64,000 nucleotides of DNA from a virus. The stretch lies in IMG/VR virus record IMGVR_UViG_3300022699_000302, positions 96,001 to 160,000 of that record. The stretch is one strand, 5' to 3'. Below are positions 18,448-27,359 of the stretch, piece by piece; positions within the stretch are counted from its first letter, which is position 1; every line of letters begins with the position of its first letter. Below the pieces are notes generated by a model. That model had not been told where the DNA came from. It ran no database searches and saw only the letters and a list, made by a program, of their open reading frames with translations. A program made the position numbers and the translations under genes.

Positions 18448-20490
18448 ATGGCTGAGCTTCAAGTCTTTGAAGATCGGTTCAACCTCCCGATTGCGCCGTT
18501 CATTACGCAGATCCTGCGTGAGCGATTTCCTGATCTAGACTTCAGGAAAGGATCTGCTCTGTACCGTGCTGTGGTTGTTCCGGTTTCGGTGATCTTTCAG
18601 CCGTTCCGGGATCGGCTCTCGATTCTGCGGCGTAACCAGTCTCTTCGCTTCTATCAGTACATGCGACCGAGTGAGCTCGACAAGCTCGTCGCCAACTTCT
18701 TTATTTCTCGCCAACCGGCTTCCACAGCAGGAGGTACGGCGAGGGTTTATTTCGCTCAGCCCGACAATCGTACGGTTCCTGGTAATGCGGTATTTTCAAC
18801 AGCAGACGGACTGCAGTTCCGTCCGGTTACTGCGATCGCAGTGACCTCGGCAGAGATGAGCCTGAACCAGGAAGATGGGCTGTTCTTCGTAGATATCCCG
18901 GTCGTCGCTTTGGCTCCCGGCGAAGACTACGAGATTGAGGCGGAGTCTTTATCGACGGTCTCTAATGTTCCCAACGCGATTCGAGTAACAAATCGAGCAG
19001 CTTTTACCGGCGGTAGGGATGAAGAGAGTAATGTTGCTCTGGTCAATCGTACTAAAGACAGCCTGGCTACTCGTACGATCACCAGCCGCAATGCTATTAT
19101 CGCCACGCTGAATGAGAATTTCCCTGGTGTGATCATCTCTCAGGAGGTCATTGGCTACGGCGATTCCGAGATGACCCGAGACACCATCAAAGCTTTTGCC
19201 AGTTATGACGAGCTCTTTGGCACCTCGTATTGCCGGAAATTCAATGTCGCCTATGATCCCGAGACTCGTCAGATCTATACCGGGTCAGGCGCCCCTCCCT
19301 CTGGATATGTTCAGCGAGGGGCCGTTGTCGATGTGTCGAACTCATACGGAGAGCCCACTCCGAGCGGAGGAGAGCCTTATTTCTGGTACGAATTAGAAGT
19401 AGAGAGGGACGGCGAGATTGTCGTGCTGACAATTCAGCGCGGGGACACGATCAAACTTGTAACCGGCGATGCTGACGAAGGTCAGTACATCATTGATGAC
19501 ATCATCTACTCCGAGCCGTTCTCTACGGTGACCCCTCCGCCGGCCCCCGACCGTAATGAGGCAACTCACATCTTGATCCTCGGTGAATCTCTGACCGCAC
19601 CGCAAGGTCCTGGTGCCTTTGATCCCAGCCCCGGTAATGACGATCTAACCGAGTATTCCTATACGATTCAGACCGGCGTTCGGACTAGTGAGTTCCACAT
19701 CGGAGGTAAAGCTGATGTGTACATCCATACCACAGGAGTACTAGAAGACGAGATTTTGATCAGCGAGCTCTATGTCGATCCTAATGCGTTGGCGCCTAAT
19801 TTTTTCGACATTCCGGTGAGCTCGACACCGATCGATGTTCCGGTCGGGCCTCCTGGTGTGGCCCTCTACGAGAATGGTAAAGCGTTTTTGCTGCCGGTGA
19901 TCAATATCGTCAGGATCGAGCAGGTCGACCCATCTAATTCGGATCTGATCGTCAAGACGCTGGAACCCGAGACCGAGTACAAGTTGATCTACAACGATGT
20001 CGACTCGAGGTTTACTCCTAACGAGGACGCATTCATCCGCTTCATCGACAGCGACCCCGCAGGAGCTAATTTCGCTAATGCTCGTATGCGGGTGGTCTAT
20101 CAAACCAACACAGACATCGAGACTCTACAAGAATTCGTGAATCAGTCAGTGATCAAGGACACAACCAAAGACGTCCTGATTAGAGCGGCTCAGCAGGTTC
20201 AGCTCGACATTGAGTTGGCCTTTAGAGGGGACGCTACTCAGACAGCTGCTACTCGAGTCCTTGAGAATTACATCGAAGGGATCCCGCAAGGCGGTGAGGC
20301 CAACGTTAACGATATCGTTGCCGTCATGAATCTTTTCGGCGTAAATGATATTGAAATGCCCGTTACTTTGCGTAAGACTGTGTTCAATGCCGATGGTTCA
20401 ATCTCTACCGAGGAATCGACTGATCGACTCGAGGTCAATGAACTTCAGCGATTCATCCCGGTAGATGAGTTGTCGGTTACCAAACTCTAA
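18448..20490 (+). CDS. baseplate J-like (T4 gp6-type) wedge protein
   Basis: ELDKLVANFFISRQ, GGTARVYF, FSTADGLQF, VVALAPGEDYEI, FTGGRDEESN motifs. Confidence 0.8.
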   Translation: MAELQVFEDRFNLPIAPFITQILRERFPDLDFRKGSALYRAVVVPVSVIFQPFRDRLSILRRNQSLRFYQYMRPSELDKLVANFFISRQPASTAGGTARVYFAQPDNRTVPGNAVFSTADGLQFRPVTAIAVTSAEMSLNQEDGLFFVDIPVVALAPGEDYEIEAESLSTVSNVPNAIRVTNRAAFTGGRDEESNVALVNRTKDSLATRTITSRNAIIATLNENFPGVIISQEVIGYGDSEMTRDTIKAFASYDELFGTSYCRKFNVAYDPETRQIYTGSGAPPSGYVQRGAVVDVSNSYGEPTPSGGEPYFWYELEVERDGEIVVLTIQRGDTIKLVTGDADEGQYIIDDIIYSEPFSTVTPPPAPDRNEATHILILGESLTAPQGPGAFDPSPGNDDLTEYSYTIQTGVRTSEFHIGGKADVYIHTTGVLEDEILISELYVDPNALAPNFFDIPVSSTPIDVPVGPPGVALYENGKAFLLPVINIVRIEQVDPSNSDLIVKTLEPETEYKLIYNDVDSRFTPNEDAFIRFIDSDPAGANFANARMRVVYQTNTDIETLQEFVNQSVIKDTTKDVLIRAAQQVQLDIELAFRGDATQTAATRVLENYIEGIPQGGEANVNDIVAVMNLFGVNDIEMPVTLRKTVFNADGSISTEESTDRLEVNELQRFIPVDELSVTKL

Positions 20491-20499
20491 GGAGAATGC

Positions 20500-21231
20500 A
20501 TGTCGAAGTCTTACGCACAGGATTACACAGACGGGGGAGCCGCCAAGTCGTCAAACAAGAAGTCACGAAAGGATCTTCTTCCTTCCTACGTCAACGGAGG
20601 AGGGAAGTATGGGTCTGCTGAAGAGGAGCAGGCACCAGCTCGTTTCAAATCGATGGCGGAACAGACCGGAACCGATTCACCCTGGGAGAAGGACGTCGCT
20701 TACGACTCCGGGGCTGAGCAAGTCCCGTCCGAGCTTCCTAATGCTCACCTCGGCGAGAAGGAAGGCGAGATCCAGCCTCCGGGCTGGCAGCCCTATTCGT
20801 TCCTTCGCCAGAAGATCGAGGAGTTTCTCAACAATCCCAAGATCGAGCAGTTCGCCCAGATCAATCGACGAATTCATTTTGAGCAAACTGATATCCCGTC
20901 GATTCGTATTGCGGAAGCCAAGGCAGCTTTCGTCAAGCCTGACATCATTTTTGGCACAGAGATGGAGAAATCTCAGACGAAGATGATTATTAAGTTTGCC
21001 AAACCGTCCCCCGACACTACGCTGGAAGGTTTGGAGCGTATCCTTCAGACTCTTTTCAATTGGGACAAGGGGCGCGAGAAAGAGCCGGAGAACAGCTCAA
21101 CTTTCAACACGAAGAGAGAGAAGGGGATGGGGAATAACGCTCCGCCGGTTGATCCCCTGAACTATCAGCAACATCTCTATGTATTCGGGGCATTTGACAG
21201 ACCGGGTGAGGTTGTGGTAGCCTTCTCGTAG
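20500..21231 (+). CDS. hypothetical protein
   Basis: 243-aa ORF, AAGGAG RBS. Confidence 0.7.
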   Translation: MSKSYAQDYTDGGAAKSSNKKSRKDLLPSYVNGGGKYGSAEEEQAPARFKSMAEQTGTDSPWEKDVAYDSGAEQVPSELPNAHLGEKEGEIQPPGWQPYSFLRQKIEEFLNNPKIEQFAQINRRIHFEQTDIPSIRIAEAKAAFVKPDIIFGTEMEKSQTKMIIKFAKPSPDTTLEGLERILQTLFNWDKGREKEPENSSTFNTKREKGMGNNAPPVDPLNYQQHLYVFGAFDRPGEVVVAFS

Positions 21232-21261
21232 TATGCAGGTGCAGTTCTGTTCTTTGCCATG

Positions 21262-21295
21262 AGGGGGTCCCACGGGACCCCCTTCCTCGTATAAT
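21262..21295 (+). promoter_or_regulatory. GC hairpin (possible terminator) followed by TATAAT -10 box 6 nt before ATG 21302
   Basis: GGGGGTCC-cacg-GGACCCCC then TATAAT-GATCGC-ATG. Confidence 0.5.
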
Positions 21296-21301
21296 GATCG
21301 C

Positions 21302-23185
21302 ATGCCGAGACGTGGTCACATCGTTACTCCCGCCCAAGGCTGGTACTACCCCGAAGGGTATGAGGGGTCGTTAACTGGAGTTCTTCCCGAGCGACTCCAG
21401 GAAGTTGGGCCTTGCGGTCGGGGCGTTACTCCGCTTTCTCCTAATGACTTCAGTCCGGAATCCTTGATCCAGGTAATGGGTACGTTCTTCCGTGATCTGC
21501 CTCAAGCAGATGAAGAGGTTCTGCGCTCGTTACTCGAATCAATGATTCACGGGGCTACGCATGAGTACGTCCAGTTCGATCAGATCAATGATTCGAAAGA
21601 CGTGAACACTGTTCCTACTTTTGTTAGGAAGTTGTGGCTTCAGCGCGATCTGACTGATGGTAGGTATCTCGGAACACCGCACGCCCACCTCGATTTCGAG
21701 TATATAGCAGCTGGTGGCGAAACCTCGGTTGCGCTTCCGGCCGGCCAGTATCTTGCCGAAGGCTTCTATTTGCTTTATCTCGATCGTATCGGAGTCGATC
21801 CGGAAGCATCTGGAATTACCGTCGGCCAAGGAGCATTTAGCTCCGAGATTCAATTCACCACGCCTCTGGCCCCGAACACTGTCGTACGGCTACACTCGTT
21901 GAAACGAGGCACGCAGCCTTCGTTTACCGCGAGTGGGAATGACACTGTATTCAATTTTTCGCCGGCGGTGGATGTCGTTTCAGCTAAAGTCTTCATCAAC
22001 AACATCAATCTCGAAGAAGGCGTGGGCTGGGTTCTCAGAAGTCGTGAATTGGTGTTCACTGGAGGGTTAATAGGTAATGAGGTCATACGGGTGCAAGTCG
22101 GGGATCAGGTCCATACCGTATTGGGCACGGCGGGGCAAACCCGCGTCGCGTTGCCGTTCACTGTTGAAGATCCAGAGGCAGCGATTGTCACGATGGACAG
22201 GATCGACCTCCGGACAGGATGGGTCCTCGAACCGACAAGGCTAATTTTCTCAAACCCTCTCAGGAGCGGGTATACCGTTAGGGTTGAGGGGCCAGTGGTA
22301 GCCGCACACAACCATCAGTCCTACTCCGAAGAGACAACCGCCCTGAAACATACATTCGAGCTCCCCTCAGGGTTCGAGTTCGATATCAATGATGATAAGA
22401 CCTATAACACTGAACGCCCGATCTACATCTGGGTGGACCGTCAGCTCTTACAGACATCCGAGTACACATTTTTGTCTCGGTCCAAGGTCAAACTGAATGC
22501 GCCAATCCCTGCCAACAGTTTATTCGAGGCGAAGTGGGTTACCCGGAGTGATAGCGCACTGCACGGTCACCCGAATCTTCGAGAGACTCTTTCGGGGTCG
22601 AAGAACACCTTCAACCCCCCTGAAGAGATTCAGACCGATCGACCCGAGTATGTAGAGGTCGACGGCCTTCTAATGACTGAAGGTCTCGACTATGTCGTGA
22701 CTGGAGCCGGCACTGCAATCAAGTTTACGTCGAATCTCGGTGCTACCTCGAAGGTAGTGATCTACGGTCAAGCCAACTCGTACCTCTGGGAATTCGACTC
22801 GAACACAGGATCGCCCTGGGACTACGAGATCGTTGATATGGAGACGATCCAGAACGGCATCGATCATCCCAGCTTCGTGGCAGAGAAAGATGTCGACTGG
22901 TCGATCCCGGAACGAGGCATTCTTCGTACCAACTTCTTAATCCAGGATGGTTGGCTGAAAAATGCCGATGTTGATGAGGAGACGGCTTACAACAACTTCG
23001 GCATCCTTCTGGATTTCCAGGAAGATACCACTGCTGAATACGTAGCCCTTGTGCGGGCTTTGATGGCCGCGTATCTTGCTGGACCGAAATATTTCGTCAA
23101 AGAGAACTTCGCCCGTATTGTGCTGGGATCACCTTTTTCGGCAAAACCCGGCAAAGTCAAGTCGATTGAACTGGTGACCACCTAA
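21302..23185 (+). CDS. baseplate/tail structural protein with repeated beta-sandwich units
   Basis: Repeats of the type FTASGNDTVFNF...VFINNINLEEGVGW; baseplate context. Confidence 0.65.
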   Translation: MPRRGHIVTPAQGWYYPEGYEGSLTGVLPERLQEVGPCGRGVTPLSPNDFSPESLIQVMGTFFRDLPQADEEVLRSLLESMIHGATHEYVQFDQINDSKDVNTVPTFVRKLWLQRDLTDGRYLGTPHAHLDFEYIAAGGETSVALPAGQYLAEGFYLLYLDRIGVDPEASGITVGQGAFSSEIQFTTPLAPNTVVRLHSLKRGTQPSFTASGNDTVFNFSPAVDVVSAKVFINNINLEEGVGWVLRSRELVFTGGLIGNEVIRVQVGDQVHTVLGTAGQTRVALPFTVEDPEAAIVTMDRIDLRTGWVLEPTRLIFSNPLRSGYTVRVEGPVVAAHNHQSYSEETTALKHTFELPSGFEFDINDDKTYNTERPIYIWVDRQLLQTSEYTFLSRSKVKLNAPIPANSLFEAKWVTRSDSALHGHPNLRETLSGSKNTFNPPEEIQTDRPEYVEVDGLLMTEGLDYVVTGAGTAIKFTSNLGATSKVVIYGQANSYLWEFDSNTGSPWDYEIVDMETIQNGIDHPSFVAEKDVDWSIPERGILRTNFLIQDGWLKNADVDEETAYNNFGILLDFQEDTTAEYVALVRALMAAYLAGPKYFVKENFARIVLGSPFSAKPGKVKSIELVTT

Positions 23186-24444
23186 TGCCTGACCAGTACA
23201 AGATCATAATCGAAAACGCTGACGGAACCGAGTCGGAGTACCTGGTTCGGTCCGACCTCCCTCTTGGGGTTACAGCGGGTCAAGCTGTTGACAAGTTCAA
23301 ATCCTTGCTGGCCGGGGTCGATGTCTACGACGACGTCATCACGCCGAATTGGTATACCGAGTTTATCTGCTTTATCTGGGCTATTGCTCGTCTGAATCCT
23401 AAGTGGGAAGTCGGCCGTTTGCTTGGTGCCGGCATCACCACGTCGAAAGTCATGGTGGGCCATGGTTCAGTTGAGTCTGAGCTGCGAGGTGGCGCCCAGA
23501 TCGATCTTAGAGCGGCAGGGCCTGGTTCATCTGTTACGGTGAAGGGGTCGGTATTCACTTATAACGCGAATCCCACAACTCTGGCTCAATGGAGAACAGG
23601 GGAACAACTGGCGTTTGCAATCGAGGAATCGTTTCCTGATCTGCAAGCCATCTACCGCAACGGATTCTTGTTCCTCTATACACGAAGCTTTGGATTTACG
23701 AACCCTACTCTTCTGGCCGGCAGTTACACCGTAGCATCCACAGGGCTCGCCGGATTTACCCGTCTTGGCGGCGATGCCTTGATTCCTGCAGGACAATTCA
23801 ACATCGAAGCGTCACCGTCAGCACCACAGGCCTGGGCAGGAGCTCAGATCAAGATTACGATTGGAACAGCTTTCTTCCCGGATTACGAGTCGTTGCGGAA
23901 GAACGATACTATCAGGTTCCAGCTGTCCGGTGTTGACTATGAGACCAAGATCAGCCGGGTCGAGGTATCACTGCCGGCGATCGATATCTATCTTGATCTG
24001 ACCAATGATTTCCACGATCACGGCGTCGGACCCCTGGCCCACCCCATTGCATCCACGCTTCTCGATGAAGTCGAGATCACCTATCGCCGGCTCCCTCAAC
24101 TTGATGATAATCCTCTGTTCTTCATGGATGAGCCAATTAAGGAGCAGACCGACCGGTTTATCCAGGAGATCTACGATTACCTCAAGAATAACACCTTCGG
24201 AGTCAAGGTCGACTCGAATTGGCTGAAGGATCAGGAAAGGATCGATCAGTTAGTGCGGTTCCTCGATCGCGTGAGAGCTGTCGAGACCAACTGGATCATG
24301 TGCTCCGACCTCGAGGGAGTCGATGAGCTCGGGGTTCCTTTCTTTGTCGAGACAACACCGTCGTCGGGCGGCTCGTTCTTCGACACGCTTCCCGCGTACC
24401 TGATCGTCGATCAGACCTACCTCGATCAGCACTATTTGAGCTAA
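23185..24444 (+). CDS. baseplate/tail structural protein
   Basis: 419-aa ORF coupled to the previous gene. Confidence 0.6.
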   Translation: MPDQYKIIIENADGTESEYLVRSDLPLGVTAGQAVDKFKSLLAGVDVYDDVITPNWYTEFICFIWAIARLNPKWEVGRLLGAGITTSKVMVGHGSVESELRGGAQIDLRAAGPGSSVTVKGSVFTYNANPTTLAQWRTGEQLAFAIEESFPDLQAIYRNGFLFLYTRSFGFTNPTLLAGSYTVASTGLAGFTRLGGDALIPAGQFNIEASPSAPQAWAGAQIKITIGTAFFPDYESLRKNDTIRFQLSGVDYETKISRVEVSLPAIDIYLDLTNDFHDHGVGPLAHPIASTLLDEVEITYRRLPQLDDNPLFFMDEPIKEQTDRFIQEIYDYLKNNTFGVKVDSNWLKDQERIDQLVRFLDRVRAVETNWIMCSDLEGVDELGVPFFVETTPSSGGSFFDTLPAYLIVDQTYLDQHYLS

Positions 24445-24466
24445 AAAAGAAAGACTCCTAAAAAAG

Positions 24467-24489
24467 TTGGCTGCATTGGATGCAACCAA
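24467..24489. repeat. 23-bp imperfect palindrome, copy B (inverted relative to A)
   Basis: TTGGCTGCAT-TGG-ATGCAACCAA between convergent genes. Confidence 0.8.
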
Positions 24490-24498
24490 CTTTTGTGA

Positions 24499-24969
24499 TT
24501 ATGGAAGGGGTGGGGACCTTCCCCACCCCTCGGCCTCCATGGACTTCTGGACCTGGTTTTTCTTTACCGCCATGAAGGCCCATGATGTGACGGTGGTGGA
24601 GACGCAGAACATGATGAATCCTGCTACTAGCAGGAATCCTGCTCCTGCCTCCAACCATGCCGTGAGAAGGATCGACCCCAGAAAAGGCAGGCCGAAGATT
24701 AATGCCGCAAGGATAGCGCCGTCGAAGGCGCTGGGTTCGATGCGACGGTTATACTCGTCCCACCATTTCTTGGGGGTGATCCCGTCTCCGGGTTTTGACT
24801 CGAGCAACCCTGTCATTTTCTTCATCAGGGCTGCACCGAATCGATTCGCCTCAGCTTTGAAGCTGGGCTTTTTCTTCCCTTTCTTCTTCTTTTTCTTGGG
24901 TCGGGGCTCGGGCTCGGGGACGATACTCCCGTAGCCGTATGGGGTCCGACCCTTCATCGTCTTCTCCAT
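24499..24969 (-). CDS. membrane protein (2 TM) with Lys-rich N-terminus
   Basis: ATG 24969 after GGAGG; AILAALIFGLPFLG...FLLVAGFIMF. Confidence 0.65.
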   Translation of the reverse strand: MEKTMKGRTPYGYGSIVPEPEPRPKKKKKKGKKKPSFKAEANRFGAALMKKMTGLLESKPGDGITPKKWWDEYNRRIEPSAFDGAILAALIFGLPFLGSILLTAWLEAGAGFLLVAGFIMFCVSTTVTSWAFMAVKKNQVQKSMEAEGWGRSPPLP

Positions 24970-25636
24970 CGTCCTGCCCTCCGATGTAACGACTGGCAAT
25001 CGTGAAGACAACTGCGATCACCAGAAGGATCAGTACCGGAATCAATGCCCACGATTTTCCCAATGCTCCGGCACAACCATTGGAATCGTCGTCTCCTCCG
25101 CCTCCTCCGCTAGAGGAAGAGCCGTTGGTGCCCCATCCACGTACACCGGTGTAACCCGATGGGTGGATGATCAGAGTGTAGGTCCTGACCTCAGATGCTT
25201 CTGAGGCCCCGGCTCCGACCGCGACGGTGTCGTACCAAAACCATTCAACCTCAAAGGTGTATGCGCCTTCGGTTCCTGGTTGGGGTACACCTCCTACCGC
25301 CCCGGTTTGGTAGGGGTGATGGAGGTTGTTCGGTCCGCTGGGCGGGGGCGGATAGTTGGGATTGTCGTAAGGGGATGGTGGGTCGAGAGTGAGGCCTGAG
25401 GGTTGGGGGGATATCCACGTCGCAATCGCCCGGGAGAAATGCATGTTCCCCATGTACGTGGCTTGATACTGCTCGTCGACGGTGAACTGGTAGTTCCCGC
25501 GCATGGCGGAGTTGGTTACGTTGACCTCCGCGTGGATCTCGGATCCATCGGCGGGACCGAAGTCGGGCTTGTACTGGGTCTGTGCCGAGACCGCCCCGGC
25601 GAACAGCAGTAGTGTCACAAGTGTAAGGTATTTCAT
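24851..25636 (-). CDS. exported surface protein with C-terminal Gly-rich/Cys/TM anchor
   Basis: Signal peptide MKYLTLVTLLLFAGAVSA|Q; C-terminal SSSSGGGGGDDDSNGCAGALGKSW + TM helix; AGGAGG RBS. Confidence 0.7.
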   Translation of the reverse strand: MKYLTLVTLLLFAGAVSAQTQYKPDFGPADGSEIHAEVNVTNSAMRGNYQFTVDEQYQATYMGNMHFSRAIATWISPQPSGLTLDPPSPYDNPNYPPPPSGPNNLHHPYQTGAVGGVPQPGTEGAYTFEVEWFWYDTVAVGAGASEASEVRTYTLIIHPSGYTGVRGWGTNGSSSSGGGGGDDDSNGCAGALGKSWALIPVLILLVIAVVFTIASRYIGGQDDGEDDEGSDPIRLREYRPRARAPTQEKEEEREEKAQLQS

Positions 25637-25700
25637 GGCACCTCCTGGACTTGTAAGTGTTTGGGTTTGCAGAGGAGATACAACTATATCTCCTCTATAG

Positions 25701-25709
25701 TCTTAGGCC
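25701..25709 (-). promoter_or_regulatory. GGCCTAAGA promoter-like motif, copy 3
   Basis: Downstream of a terminator, upstream of 25636 gene, followed by GAGGAGATA/TATCTCCTC leader hairpin. Confidence 0.65.
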
Positions 25710-25734
25710 GAAATCGGAGGCTGGTTTTTGCAGT

Positions 25735-25760
25735 AAAAAAGAGGGGCCCCTTAGGCCCCT
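25735..25760 (-). terminator. intrinsic terminator
   Basis: Minus strand AGGGGCC-taagg-GGCCCCT-CTTTTTT. Confidence 0.75.
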
Positions 25761-25972
25761 TGATACCACATCAGCAGAGCCATAGCTCCTGCTAAGTAGC
25801 CGTGCAAGCCGAGAAGCACAAACACGAAACAGAGGACCCCGCCGAGAGTTGTCGGCTGGACCCGATTCTCCAGGCCGAGATGGTCGGCTAGGGCTTGTCC
25901 GCAGTCACCGTCGTACTCAACTTCAATCAGGTACGGCAGGTACCACGCGCGGATTCGACGTAGCCACTTCAT
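25751..25972 (-). CDS. small membrane protein
   Basis: C-terminal hydrophobic helices; GGGAG RBS. Confidence 0.6.
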   Translation of the reverse strand: MKWLRRIRAWYLPYLIEVEYDGDCGQALADHLGLENRVQPTTLGGVLCFVFVLLGLHGYLAGAMALLMWYQGA

Positions 25973-26280
25973 GCTCCCTCCTTTGGCCGGCCGATTTTTC
26001 CGATCAGCTTCAGTTTTTCTTTGGATTCAAAATTGCGCCATTCCGAGCTATGGATCTCGAGGCGCGTCAAAGACTGCATGTCGTAGATTACAATGGAGTC
26101 GCCAACATAGACCGGACCTCGCTCGATCAGAACAAGCTGAGGACAGATTAAACGGCGCCACCAAGGTCCCCGTGAATAGACCTCGCAGGTCCGGGGGAGA
26201 CCTGCAGACTCAAGTGTGATCTCTACGGTCAATATCCCCCCTCCTTCTAAAATTTGCGTTCCTCGGGATGAGGTGTTCAC
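25969..26280 (-). CDS. hypothetical protein
   Basis: 103-aa ORF downstream of motif copy 4. Confidence 0.55.
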   Translation of the reverse strand: MNTSSRGTQILEGGGILTVEITLESAGLPRTCEVYSRGPWWRRLICPQLVLIERGPVYVGDSIVIYDMQSLTRLEIHSSEWRNFESKEKLKLIGKIGRPKEGA

Positions 26281-26297
26281 GCTGTAATCTTCTACTG

Positions 26298-26306
26298 TCT
26301 TAGGCC
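26298..26306 (-). promoter_or_regulatory. GGCCTAAGA promoter-like motif, copy 4
   Basis: Intergenic, TTCGGCCTAAGAC. Confidence 0.65.
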
Positions 26307-26317
26307 GAACTTTTTGT

Positions 26318-26638
26318 CTATTCTCGTTTCAGCATTCCTCTCTGTTTGAGCCAATGAAAGATCGGTTCTGGGCGGTCTTCGTCTTTGTCCGCAGCTTCGC
26401 ATGCCAAGTCCCAGTCGTTGAATCGATGGATCCAGGTCTCGCAGTCCTGACAGTAGAATCCGTTGCTCCCTCCGATAGCGAAGTCATCTTGGCTCAGTGC
26501 TACCTCTGCATCCATACCGTCATGCAAGAGAACTTCACAGGCGATGTCAGCGTTGTAGCTTTCCATAAGATCCTTACCGCCACATTTCGGGCAGACGAAA
26601 GCTATTTCGTAGTTACAGTAGTCTTTGATTTTGGACAT
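26318..26638 (-). CDS. zinc-ribbon protein
   Basis: ATG 26638 after GAGGA; CPKC and CQDC pairs. Confidence 0.7.
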   Translation of the reverse strand: MSKIKDYCNYEIAFVCPKCGGKDLMESYNADIACEVLLHDGMDAEVALSQDDFAIGGSNGFYCQDCETWIHRFNDWDLACEAADKDEDRPEPIFHWLKQRGMLKRE

Positions 26639-26653
26639 GTTTCCTCGTTTCGT

Positions 26654-26687
26654 AAAAAGAAAGCAGGGGTCCCGAAGGACCCCTGCT
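26654..26687 (-). terminator. intrinsic terminator of the tRNA operon
   Basis: Minus strand AGCAGGGGTCC-TTCG-GGACCCCTGCT-TTCTTTTT. Confidence 0.85.
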
Positions 26688-26695
26688 AACAATGA

Positions 26696-26786
26696 TGGCA
26701 CAGCGGGGAGGACTCGAACCTCCAACCTTCCTACTAAGCGGACGGGCCCGCTTTTCAGATGCTCTACGCAATTGAGCTACCGCTGT
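26696..26786 (-). tRNA. tRNA-like gene with expanded, aberrant anticodon arm (91 nt, encoded CCA)
   Basis: Acceptor ACAGCGG/CCGCTGT, D stem GCTC/GAGC, T arm GGAGG-TTCGAGT-CCTCC, G73-CCA; 31-nt anticodon region contains an extra AAGCGG/CCGCTT hairpin. Confidence 0.7.
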
Positions 26787-26787
26787 G

Positions 26788-26863
26788 TGGTGCAGGGAGA
26801 AGGACTCGAACCTTCATTTCCGAGCTTAAGAGCTCGGGTCCTAACCAATTGGATGATCCCTGC
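26788..26863 (-). tRNA. tRNA with non-canonical anticodon loop (6 or 8 nt; Lys-CUU-like)
   Basis: Acceptor GCAGGGA/TCCCTGC, T arm GAAGG-TTCGAGT-CCTTC, A73-CCA; anticodon arm CCGAGC-TCTTAA-GCTCGG. Confidence 0.75.
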
Positions 26864-26864
26864 T

Positions 26865-26942
26865 TGGCGGTCCCGGCGGGATTCGAACCCACACCCTCCT
26901 GAGTTTAGAGCCCAGGCGCGCTGCCAGTCGCGCTTCGGGACC
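26865..26942 (-). tRNA. amber suppressor tRNA (anticodon CUA)
   Basis: GGTCCCG AA GCGC GACTGGCA GCGC G CCTGGG CT-CTA-AA CTCAGG AGGGT GTGGG TTCGAAT CCCGC CGGGACC G CCA. Confidence 0.88.
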
Positions 26943-26947
26943 GTGGT

Positions 26948-27340
26948 TTACGCAGCCTTCGCCGCCTCCTTTCGACTGAATTCCTTCAACGCCAGAGGAA
27001 GCGAAGACAAAAGTTTCGCGGTGTCTTCCCCAGGTTCGACAGCGACAGCCGTCAGCTCATTAGCCCAATCCGGCTCAAGCCACTTCGAGTGTCGGATACC
27101 CTGGGTCTGCAAGACATGACACAACAGATCCAGCGCCTGCTTGTGCTTCACAGAGAGCAAGCAGAGAAACTGGCTGTCGCGATGCCACGCAGTGGCTATG
27201 TCAGAGTTTTCGAAAGTGAATTGAGCGAGGGCGTGAGCAGACTGGGTTGCCTGCTGTCCAGGGCTGAGGTCCCTGCGAGTGACGATGTAGAGTTTATCAC
27301 CCGTTTGGTACTTCGGTTCTTCCTACGTGAAATCCATCAT
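26948..27340 (-). CDS. peptidyl-tRNA hydrolase, Pth2-type, with in-frame amber codon at 27323-27325
   Basis: GGAGG-AA-ATG ATG GAT TTC ACG TAG GAA...; read-through gives MMDFT*EEPKYQTGDKLYIVTRRDLSPGQQATQSAHA...LLSVK...EPDWANELTAVAVEP...LSSLPLAL, the Pth2 pattern; the track shows only the last 70 aa. Confidence 0.8.
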
Positions 27341-27359
27341 TTCCTCCGTGGTTAGTTCG

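Noticed and set aside
26865-26942. Pyrrolysine system
   Set aside because: The tRNA has a canonical D-loop GG, TTCGA T-loop and a 5-nt variable loop, unlike tRNA-Pyl; no pylS/BCD in the window.
26625-27119. 164-aa + strand ORF
   Set aside because: It is the antisense of the tRNA cluster and pth2; no protein-like features.
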